From: a virus
Lineage: Duplodnaviria > Caudoviricetes
IMG/VR virus record: IMGVR_UViG_3300048599_000906
Span: 1 to 38,081 of that record
Length of the DNA stretch: 38,081 nt
Strand: one strand, 5' to 3'
In this document: positions 1 through 6,637 of the stretch, one piece after another
Numbering within the stretch: the first letter of the stretch is position 1
How the letters are laid out: each line of letters begins with the position of its first letter
Notes under the pieces: model-generated
What the model was told of the DNA's origin: nothing
What the model saw: only the letters and a program-made list of their open reading frames with translations
Database searches by the model: none
Translations under genes and position numbers: made by a program

Positions 1-231
1 ATGCTGACAGCCCTGAAATACCTGATAATGTTCTGGTCGTTCTTTGTATTATTCTCCGTACTCTCTGACGGAGGGGCGCCCATACGCGATATGCAGAATG
101 ACGCCCAGACAGCGCTGGACAAGACCCTTACGGTCTTTGCGGATAAGGCCGACAGCATCAAGGAACAGGCCGACAAGGCCAAAGAGAAGATAAAGGGACT
201 CAGCATCCTGAAGAAGAAGCAGTCTGAATAA
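1..231 (+). CDS. Small hypothetical protein with N-terminal hydrophobic anchor and helical C-terminus (probably host)
   Basis: 76-aa ORF; hydrophobic YLIMFWSFFVLFSVL followed by a K/E/A-rich helix; followed by a hairpin. Confidence 0.6.
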   Translation: MLTALKYLIMFWSFFVLFSVLSDGGAPIRDMQNDAQTALDKTLTVFADKADSIKEQADKAKEKIKGLSILKKKQSE

Positions 232-232
232 A

Positions 233-260
233 CCAAAGACGCCTCAACGGGCGCCTTTGG
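233..260. terminator. Hairpin between the convergent host ORF and tRNA operon, probable terminator
   Basis: CCAAAG-a-CGCC...GGCG-c-CTTTGG stem; short A-rich left flank gives a U-tract on the minus strand. Confidence 0.45.
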
Positions 261-316
261 GCTTAAGTTTCCGATATCCATTCCGGATATATTTCGCTGA
301 CAGACTTATCTGAATT

Positions 317-392
317 TGGTAGTCCCAACGGGAGTCGAACCCGTGTCTTAGCCTTGAGAGGGCTATGTCCTAGGCCTCTAGACGATGGGACC
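317..392 (-). tRNA. tRNA-Glu (anticodon CTC)
   Basis: Reverse complement GGTCCCA...TAGCC-CT-CTC-AA-GGCTA...GGTTCGACTCC...TGGGACT-A-CCA folds as a cloverleaf with encoded CCA. Confidence 0.97.
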
Positions 393-477
393 AAAAAAAC
401 AAGCGCAAAATGGGAAGTAAGAAGTCGGAAGAAAAGACAAATAAAATAACCAAAAGAACAAAACTTGCCATTCCCTG

Positions 478-526
478 CTTCTAACTTCTTGTCTCTCACT
501 TCTTACTTCTTAGTTCTTACTTCTCA
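478..526. repeat. Heptamer tandem repeat (CTTCTYA-like, about 7 copies) in the tRNA spacer, with 3 inverted copies at 411-431
   Basis: cttctaa cttcttg tctctca cttctta cttctta gttctta cttctca; tgggaag taagaag tcggaag upstream. Confidence 0.8.
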
Positions 527-533
527 CTTATAT

Positions 534-607
534 TGGCTGGGGGAAGAGGATTCGAACCTCTATAGGCAGAGTCAGAGTCTGCAGTCCTGCCGTTGAACGA
601 TCCCCCA
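534..607 (-). tRNA. tRNA-Gln (anticodon CTG)
   Basis: Reverse complement TGGGGGA...GCAGA-CT-CTG-AC-TCTGC...GGTTCGAATCC...TCCCCCA-G-CCA. Confidence 0.97.
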
Positions 608-642
608 AAATGCAACAATATCAAGCATCTTCGGCGACATTC

Positions 643-672
643 AGCATACCACAAACCGGCAAAAAACGTCAA
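643..672 (-). promoter_or_regulatory. Sigma70-type promoter for the tRNA-Gln/tRNA-Glu operon
   Basis: Minus strand TTGACG-N18-TATGCT with extended -10 TG, about 35 nt upstream of tRNA-Gln. Confidence 0.7.
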
Positions 673-677
673 TAAAC

Positions 678-699
678 GGCAATTTGTTGGCAATTTGCT
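678..699. repeat. Direct repeat GGCAATTTG x2 (11-bp period), candidate integrase arm-type sites near the left prophage end
   Basis: ggcaatttgtt ggcaatttgct between the tRNA promoter and the first phage gene; function inferred. Confidence 0.45.
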
Positions 700-722
700 A
701 ACACCGCCAGGAGGCTGCTGGC

Positions 723-1703
723 ATGTATAAAACCATTGATGCAGCATTTTGGAACGATCCTGATGTGCGCGCCTTGTCGAACGAGGCTAAGCTGCTCTTA
801 ATGTTCCTCATAACCAACCCTGACAGTCATTTCACCGGACTGTTTTATATGCGCCCATACATCCCCTTAAACGAGCTCAACTGGGAACCGGCAATGCTTA
901 CTGCCGCCTTGGCTGAACTTTCCGATACCCCTATTGATAGGGGTATGCATACGGGTATTGATACCCATTCCACACATGCAAAGCAACATTATTTTATAAA
1001 ATTCGACACGGAAACGACCCTGATATGGGTCAAGTCGATGCTCAGACATCAGTGCGGCGACAAGCCGCTAAACTCAAAGCAGCTCAAGGGCGTCATAAGC
1101 CACATTCGGCAATTCAAGCCCTCCCCTATTGTTTTTGACTTTCTAGCATATCACGCGCCGTTTCTGGCGCGCACAAACAGAGACAAGGACACAGGCAAGA
1201 AAAAAGAGCATCCTCAGGCTCTCTTGTCTGAGATACAGGAGTTTTATGCGGCTCACGGTCTTGATTTTTCTATGGCCGCAGCTATACCCCTATCGACCAC
1301 AGTAGCAGAAACAACATCAGCATCAGCAACAGCAACCTCTCTCTTCGCGTCCCCCGGCGCAGAGAATGAGAGCGAGCATATTTTCCGCGTTGCAGAACGA
1401 CTGTTCGGGAAGCCGCTGCAAAGGAACCTCCCTATAAGGAATGTGGACTATGCCTGCCAGCAAATCGCCGCCGGGCAGCTGAAGGCATCCTCGATTAAAA
1501 ACCCCGACGCTTACCTTTGTAGCGCAGCGGCGTATCCAGGGCCGGACTACAAGTCGTACCACGAACGCAAAGCAGAACGCGAAGCTAAACGTCAAGAGGC
1601 TCAATTAAAGAAAGACGAACGACCCGATCATAACATGGCAGACCCTGCAATCAGGGAAGGACTTGCCGCCCTAGCAGCCGGGAAACGAGTGGAGGTGAGG
1701 TGA
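723..1703 (+). CDS. Phage replication initiator / replisome organiser-like protein
   Basis: N-terminus YKTIDAAFWNDPDVRALSNEAKLLLMFLITNPDSHFTGLFY resembles phage wHTH initiators; AGGAGG RBS at 709-714; internal iterons and a S/T/A-rich linker. Confidence 0.75.
   Translation: MYKTIDAAFWNDPDVRALSNEAKLLLMFLITNPDSHFTGLFYMRPYIPLNELNWEPAMLTAALAELSDTPIDRGMHTGIDTHSTHAKQHYFIKFDTETTLIWVKSMLRHQCGDKPLNSKQLKGVISHIRQFKPSPIVFDFLAYHAPFLARTNRDKDTGKKKEHPQALLSEIQEFYAAHGLDFSMAAAIPLSTTVAETTSASATATSLFASPGAENESEHIFRVAERLFGKPLQRNLPIRNVDYACQQIAAGQLKASSIKNPDAYLCSAAAYPGPDYKSYHERKAEREAKRQEAQLKKDERPDHNMADPAIREGLAALAAGKRVEVR
924..971. repeat. Four 12-bp quasi-palindromic iterons (GATA-N4-TAT-N) inside the initiator gene, with a fifth at 1283-1294; putative origin
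   Basis: gatacccctatt gataggggtatg catacgggtatt gatacccattcc; tatacccctatc. Confidence 0.65.
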
Positions 1704-1707
1704 CGCA

Positions 1708-2262
1708 ATGAAAATGACTATAAAAATCGATCCCCCCGAAATACTCGGGGATCGCGGCTTGCAGTTTGCGGTGATGAGGGCTACGGCCCTCGGAATAAAT
1801 AGAGGGGCAGTTGCCGGTAGAGCGCTCCTCGCCCAGGGAGTGCGTGAAGAGTTTACGGCTAAAAGCTCAGCCATCAAAAGCCGCGTGACAATTAAAAAAG
1901 CAAACATGCGATGGTTAAGAGCTGAGATTATCATTAACGGAAAGCCCCTGCTGTTATCTGTATTTAAAACAACTGGTGATGGTAAAAAGCGCATTGTAAA
2001 AATACAGGTAAAGAAGGGCACAGGGATGAAACCCCTTAAACATGCATTCAGGGCTCGAATGAATGGGATTGATGCCATATGGCAGCGAAAGGGTAAGTCT
2101 CGTTTCCCTGTTAAGGGCTTGCGCGGTCCGTCCGTGCCGGGCATGATAAGGGCAACTATATTCAAAAAACTAGAAACACGCATGAATGAGCGCGCCCGAG
2201 CAGAGGTTGCTCAGGCAATACAATACGCAGTCGGAAAGGGTCGCGTTCATTATGGGGAGTAG
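1708..2262 (+). CDS. Lambda gpZ-like minor tail / tail completion protein
   Basis: Basic 184-aa protein with AINR-like (GINR), VKKG..KPLKHAF, QRKGKSRFPVKGLRGPSVP motifs characteristic of the Minor_tail_Z family. Confidence 0.75.
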   Translation: MKMTIKIDPPEILGDRGLQFAVMRATALGINRGAVAGRALLAQGVREEFTAKSSAIKSRVTIKKANMRWLRAEIIINGKPLLLSVFKTTGDGKKRIVKIQVKKGTGMKPLKHAFRARMNGIDAIWQRKGKSRFPVKGLRGPSVPGMIRATIFKKLETRMNERARAEVAQAIQYAVGKGRVHYGE

Positions 2263-2269
2263 TTTTTAT

Positions 2270-2315
2270 GGGTCCTTCCCCGGGGGGCACACCATGCGGG
2301 CCACCCCGACGCGCA
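2270..2315 (+). other. Lambda-type cos site (cosQ plus cosN-like)
   Basis: GGGTCCT (identical to lambda cosQ) at 2270-2276, then about 22 nt later a GC-rich core TGCG-GGCCACCCCGACG-CGCA; the phage encodes a GpA-type terminase. Confidence 0.7.
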
Positions 2316-2350
2316 AAAACGGTCTAGCGTCAGAAAAAATTTTTGAGGGT

Positions 2351-2446
2351 TCGGTTCGCATGCCCCTCGGGACCCGCAAGGGGATCAGCATCGGTTTGCA
2401 TGCCCCGCGGGGTCCGGAAGGGGGAAAAGCAGCGGTTAGCCTGCCC
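2351..2446 (+). repeat. Three direct repeats CGGTTnGCnTGCCC at 40/41-bp period downstream of cos
   Basis: cggttcgcatgccc (2352), cggtttgcatgccc (2392), cggttagcctgccc (2433); units 1 and 2 align over about 40 bp. Confidence 0.8.
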
Positions 2447-2484
2447 GGACGGGCAGTAAAATAGCGTCAAGGGAGAATAGAGGG

Positions 2485-4521
2485 ATGGCGACAAAGAAGG
2501 AAAAGGCAACTGAAGAAAAGCAGAGCAAAACAACAGGCAAAACAACAGGCAAGAAAACGGCAAGCGGAGACAAAAAAACAAAAGACGTGAAGAAAAAGCC
2601 GCCCACAGGACAGAAAAAAACGACAGCCGACGACGACCAGGCGGCGGCTTCAGCAGAGGCCCCGGTCTCGGTAGACGCTGAATTCCGGCTCTTGAACATG
2701 TCACAGATCAAGATAGGCCAGAACTACCGCAAAACGGTGAGCGAGTCAGGCATGGATGAATTGACCGCATCGGTGCGGTCAAAGGGCGTTATTCAGCCGG
2801 TCCTGGTACGGCCCTCCGGCCCTATTATCTCCCCGCCCGAATTACGCGGCCAGATGCAGTATTTTTTGGTTGCAGGCCGCAGGCGATACCTCGCAGCTCA
2901 GAGGGCTGAGCTGAAAAATATACCTGCGATGATCAGGGAGCTGTCAGACGTGGACGCTCTGGAGATCCAGGTAATTGAAAATACGCAGCGCGAAGACCCG
3001 AACCCTCTTGAGGAGGGCTGGGGCTTTGCTGAGCTAATCGAAAAAGGCAAACATACTGTTGAAACGCTCGCCGCGAAATTGGATAAATCGGCTGATTATG
3101 TTTTACGGCGGATAAAACTGACATTATTACCCGAGGCCGCGCAGGAAAAAATCGGCTCAGGGGAGCTGTCGATCGGGCATGCGCTCTTGATCACGCGGCT
3201 TAAACATCTGAGCGAACAGAAAGAATTTCTCAAAATGCTCATGAGTCAGGACATGACGGTCCGCGACGCGCAGAGCCGCATGCGGAACTTCAGCTCTGAC
3301 ATACAGGACGCTGTTTTTGACACGTCGACCTGTCAAAAGTGCGCTTATCTCTCATCGAATCAGACCGCGCTTTTCCCTGAGCTGAAAAAATCGGGGCAGT
3401 GCATGGACCGCGGCTGCTATTTTGCAAAGACTCGTGACTATTATCAGGACATTATCGCCGCGCGTCGGAACGAGGGTTTTAAAATCATCTCCTACAGCGG
3501 GGCCGGGCAGAAAACTATCGACGAGTTGCGCTATGCGTATGGCGGACGCGGTAACATGCTGCGTATAGCCGAGACGGACGACTATCCTGCCATGCGCCCG
3601 CGGCGATATAAAACCGAATGCATGGAATGCAAGGAAAACCACGCCTATTATGTAGCCGAGGGCAAAAACCATGACGGCGGCAAGCGGGTCGATTTCGGCG
3701 AAATATGCCTGAACAAAAAATGCTTTAACAAAATGAACAATTCCAATGCAGGTGACAGCGACAACGACAGCGACACGCCTGCAAGCGACAATAACCGCTA
3801 TAAAGTTCAGGAGGCGCGCCGCCGTTTCCTGAACAGGGTTTTGCCCGAACGCATCCAGGCGTCCCCTACCCTGCAGAAACGCCTCTGTATTCATCACCTG
3901 TTAACCCTTTACGGCAATTCCTCGGCTGAGCTGAGGGCTGTTATAGGGATATATCACAAGCCCATGCCTGAGTACGACTATGACGGCAGCCGGTATTATT
4001 TTGCAGTTATGTCTATCCCTGAAGAGCTGCTGGACACGGTCATCGGCGCCGCCTTGGCGGCAGCAGTGCCCGAGACGTCCGACCAGGCGCTTACACTCAT
4101 GCTGGCAGAGGCGGGCGTGGACCTCGGGAATGAGACGGTGATTGACGAGGAATATCTGAAGGCCAGGCAAAAGCCGCAGCTGCTGGAGCTACTGAAGGAG
4201 TTGGGACTGGATGTTATGACTTCTTCGAAGATTTTATTGGATTCCGCTGAGGGGAAAGATCCCCGAAAAGCCGACATTATCGAGGCGATTCCCGCTCAGG
4301 ACCTGCGCGGGAAAATGTCTAAGGCATTTATTGAGGCCTTTGACGTGGAGAAAATAATCGGCAACGCGAGAGACGACGAAAACCAGGACGAGCTCACATG
4401 CGACATATGCGGCAGGCCAGGAGACGATCTCGGCGATCAGGAGACCATGACTGTAACCGACGACGGGACGCTTTGCCCGTCATGCATGCTCGATAAACAG
4501 GAGGAATCTAATGGATGTTAA
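2485..4521 (+). CDS. ParB/RepB/Spo0J-family protein with Lys-rich N-terminal tail and Cys-rich C-terminal extension
   Basis: LTASVRSKGVIQPVLVRP, LVAGRRRYLAA, IENTQREDPNPLEE and a following HTH; several CxxC clusters. Confidence 0.88.
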   Translation: MATKKEKATEEKQSKTTGKTTGKKTASGDKKTKDVKKKPPTGQKKTTADDDQAAASAEAPVSVDAEFRLLNMSQIKIGQNYRKTVSESGMDELTASVRSKGVIQPVLVRPSGPIISPPELRGQMQYFLVAGRRRYLAAQRAELKNIPAMIRELSDVDALEIQVIENTQREDPNPLEEGWGFAELIEKGKHTVETLAAKLDKSADYVLRRIKLTLLPEAAQEKIGSGELSIGHALLITRLKHLSEQKEFLKMLMSQDMTVRDAQSRMRNFSSDIQDAVFDTSTCQKCAYLSSNQTALFPELKKSGQCMDRGCYFAKTRDYYQDIIAARRNEGFKIISYSGAGQKTIDELRYAYGGRGNMLRIAETDDYPAMRPRRYKTECMECKENHAYYVAEGKNHDGGKRVDFGEICLNKKCFNKMNNSNAGDSDNDSDTPASDNNRYKVQEARRRFLNRVLPERIQASPTLQKRLCIHHLLTLYGNSSAELRAVIGIYHKPMPEYDYDGSRYYFAVMSIPEELLDTVIGAALAAAVPETSDQALTLMLAEAGVDLGNETVIDEEYLKARQKPQLLELLKELGLDVMTSSKILLDSAEGKDPRKADIIEAIPAQDLRGKMSKAFIEAFDVEKIIGNARDDENQDELTCDICGRPGDDLGDQETMTVTDDGTLCPSCMLDKQEESNGC

Positions 4522-5143
4522 GGGCATACTGACTGAGTGGCTTATAAGTCATGGCTATGACGGTCTCATTTATCCCGGCGAGTGTTCGTGCCTCATCACC
4601 GACGATTTCCCGTGCGACAATCTGGGCGTGGATTGTACGCCTGCATTTAGAATTGCCGCCTGCAAGGGCGCTGTTACATGCAAACATAGCAGCTGCGAAA
4701 CGACAGAGAACTGCGGCATAGCTGAGTATTGCGTTACATCCGTCCGCCCTGCTGACCGCCCTGAGCCGCACACGAAAAAGCTGATCATCACGATTGAGCA
4801 AATGGCGCGCATGGCGCACGAGGTTAATCGCGCGTACAGGCAGGCGATAGGTGAAGAGCCAGGGCCTGAATGGGGCGAGGCCCCGGCACAGACAAAGAAG
4901 AGCATGCTCAACGGGGTGATATTTCATCTCGTCAATCCCACGGCCGGCCCTAAGAACTCACACGAGAACTGGCTAAACGACAAGCGTTTGAGAGGCTGGA
5001 CATTCGGCAGCGAAAAGAACGAGGCGCGGCGCGAACACCCCTGCATGGTGCCCTTTGCTGAGCTGCCGATCGAGCAGCAGGCGAAAGACTATATTTTCCG
5101 CGCGGTCGTGCATTCCCTGGCCGCGCTGTTACCTGAGGTTTGA
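4511..5143 (+). CDS. Cys-rich N-terminal domain fused to a phage RyR-like domain
   Basis: ARMAHEVNRAY...SHENWLNDKRLRGWTFG..K.....HPCMVPFAELPIEQQAKD matches the RyR repeat pattern. Confidence 0.75.
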   Translation: MDVKGILTEWLISHGYDGLIYPGECSCLITDDFPCDNLGVDCTPAFRIAACKGAVTCKHSSCETTENCGIAEYCVTSVRPADRPEPHTKKLIITIEQMARMAHEVNRAYRQAIGEEPGPEWGEAPAQTKKSMLNGVIFHLVNPTAGPKNSHENWLNDKRLRGWTFGSEKNEARREHPCMVPFAELPIEQQAKDYIFRAVVHSLAALLPEV

Positions 5144-5268
5144 TCGTGTACGGACTGGTCGGCTACTCAATAAAAACGCGCATAAACAGGGCATGGCCGC
5201 TGATTTTTGTCGGCTCACTGCTGCTTATTCTGCTGCTGACAATAGCTGATTGCTGGCTCGGCGCATAA
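5140..5268 (+). CDS. Small single-TM hypothetical protein (42 aa, below ORF-track cutoff)
   Basis: TTG start overlaps the upstream stop; MIVYGLVGYSIKTRINRAWPLIFVGSLLLILLLTIADCWLGA; stop lies in the attC core GCATAAC. Confidence 0.4.
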   Translation: MIVYGLVGYSIKTRINRAWPLIFVGSLLLILLLTIADCWLGA

Positions 5269-5385
5269 CGCGTAACGGAGGCAACCGCCGGATGGGTTGG
5301 GCCCTTGTGCCCACCGGAAAGGAACCGAGAGATGACGAATGAACCGACCGCACAGGCAGCGTCCGGGTTGAACGCAGGGTTGGGC
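5263..5385 (-). other. Integron attC-like site 1 (partly degenerate at the R' end)
   Basis: Minus strand: R'' GCCCAAC-CCTGC-GTTCAACC-CGGAC ... TCCGGCGGTTGCC ... R' GTTACGC or GTTATGC. Confidence 0.65.
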
Positions 5386-5703
5386 GGGGGCAAATACGAC
5401 CAGTTTTTTCTGCTTGAAATTGCGGAGAGCGCCAACCCACCAGAAAACCAGCCCGGTGATTCCGAAGATTGGTGCGGCGATGTGGAGATGTTGGCCCGCG
5501 ATGGATGGAAGGTGACTTTCTTTTACGATTGTGGTGAGTTGGATTACATCGATCATTTCATTTCTCCGGATGGAGAGTTGATTGACGTATGGCCCGATAC
5601 GCCGTTTCAGGGCGAGGAATGGCTGCCAACTATGAACTGGCGCAGCATGGGCGATTTGGCTCGGCTGAGAAGAGCCCAACGCAAAGATAAGCGGCGGAGG
5701 TAA
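5332..5703 (+). CDS. Acidic hypothetical protein (cassette ORF 1)
   Basis: ATG lies inside attC1; 123 aa; stop lies inside attC2. Confidence 0.65.
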   Translation: MTNEPTAQAASGLNAGLGGGKYDQFFLLEIAESANPPENQPGDSEDWCGDVEMLARDGWKVTFFYDCGELDYIDHFISPDGELIDVWPDTPFQGEEWLPTMNWRSMGDLARLRRAQRKDKRRR

Positions 5704-5776
5704 GGGATGAAAGAAAGCCAAGACATAGCGAAAAAGGACGGGGCAAACTCCCGTCCGCTTGAGCGCGACGTTAAAT
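5674..5776 (-). other. Integron attC-like site 2 (canonical)
   Basis: Minus strand: ATTTAAC-GTCGC-GCTCAAGC-GGACGGGAG ... CTCCGCC-GCTTATC-TTTGC-GTTGGGC; 103 bp. Confidence 0.85.
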
Positions 5777-5925
5777 GCGAGATTTGCATTACTTGCAAGG
5801 GTGTTTTGACCAAACGTTCGCCTCTCTATGATCAGGGTATATGCCTTTATTGCGTGCGCTTAGACACTCGTATGGGTGCCTATCAGAGTAGGCTTAGGCG
5901 GCGAGGCAGGTATGGCAGTCATTAA
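5707..5925 (+). CDS. Small Cys-rich (CxxC...CxxC) hypothetical protein (cassette ORF 2)
   Basis: GGAGG RBS and ATG lie inside attC2; CITC...CLYC. Confidence 0.6.
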   Translation: MKESQDIAKKDGANSRPLERDVKCEICITCKGVLTKRSPLYDQGICLYCVRLDTRMGAYQSRLRRRGRYGSH

Positions 5926-5928
5926 TTC

Positions 5929-6061
5929 ATTTAATGCCGGAACTCAGCGGCGAGGAGGAACTATGGGATATTGGTGTAACGATTGTGGACACTGGCATGA
6001 CGATGACCCGCATAAACTGAACGAGGGTAAACCGGAGTCCGCCTGTAGTGACTTGTTCGGC
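5929..6061 (-). other. Integron attC-like site 3 (R' GTT changed to ATT)
   Basis: Minus strand: GCCGAAC-AAGTC-ACTACAGGCGGAC ... GCC-GCTGAGT-TCCGGC-ATTAAAT; 133 bp. Confidence 0.8.
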
Positions 6062-6262
6062 GTTTTATTGGGGATAGTCAATACAGCGCAGAATAACCCG
6101 GATAGGTGCATGGCCGATATATGCAACGATAATTTTGCAGTTTATAACGTGCCGCTGCACGCCGAAATGACGGATGATGAAGAGTGGCCGGTACAGATTA
6201 CGCCGAACAATAATTCTACAGCATCTATGCAGCATATCCCGGAATGTCCGGGCAAAGACTGA
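5963..6262 (+). CDS. Hypothetical protein with N-terminal CxxC-x-H motif (cassette ORF 3)
   Basis: GAGGAGG RBS at 5952-5958 and ATG lie inside attC3; 99 aa. Confidence 0.6.
   Translation: MGYWCNDCGHWHDDDPHKLNEGKPESACSDLFGVLLGIVNTAQNNPDRCMADICNDNFAVYNVPLHAEMTDDEEWPVQITPNNNSTASMQHIPECPGKD
6200..6222 (-). other. Array-terminal core site (attI-like or secondary insertion site)
   Basis: ACGCCGAAC (6200-6208) is the exact reverse complement of GTTCGGCGT (6055-6063); no attC hairpin lies beyond it. Confidence 0.55.
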
Positions 6263-6283
6263 AAGGGAAAGAGAGATTAGATA

Positions 6284-6461
6284 ATGTCTAAGCGTATATA
6301 TAAATGCGACGTTTGCGGCATGGAATGAAAATTGGTCATGGTATGGCAGCTATGGAATTTTAGAGGAAGAGGGCATTGGCAAATGTATAGTCGTGTGCTC
6401 GGCTAAATGCAAGGCCAAAGCCATTGAAGAGGCGGATACTGCAGGCATTAGAGGGGAATAA
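6284..6461 (+). pseudogene. Frameshifted small zinc-finger gene
   Basis: MSKRIYKCDVCG in one frame continues as WNENWSWYGSY...VVCSAKC in another; that frame ends in a TAATG coupling to the next ORF. Confidence 0.55.
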
Positions 6462-6628
6462 TGAGCGCGTCAAATAGAGAAATTACGGATGCAATGATTC
6501 GTCAGCTTTGGCTCGCAATACATAGGCTGTGCGTAAACAGCGAACTCACTGATGCCGATGTCGAGTTATGGGGGCATTTGGTAAAGCATCCGGCGATACA
6601 AGACAGGCTGCAGAGCGCAAAAAAATAA
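6461..6628 (+). CDS. Hypothetical protein (55 aa)
   Basis: AGAGGGG RBS; MSASNREITDAMIRQLWLAIHRLC...; ends just before the terS RBS. Confidence 0.55.
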   Translation: MSASNREITDAMIRQLWLAIHRLCVNSELTDADVELWGHLVKHPAIQDRLQSAKK

Positions 6629-6637
6629 GGGGAATTC

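Noticed and set aside
263-747. Minus-strand ORFs 263-499 and 517-747
   Set aside because: They overlap the tRNA genes and are shadow ORFs
2351-2446. CRISPR mini-array or SRP RNA (GGTCCGGAAGG...AAGCAGC resembles SRP helix 8)
   Set aside because: Inter-repeat segments are similar to each other rather than unique spacers; the SRP-like motif has extra bases and no flanking SRP stem
4721-4739. Extra attC half-site GCTGAGT-ATTGC-GTTACAT
   Set aside because: No complementary partner arm found and it lies inside a coding region; likely chance
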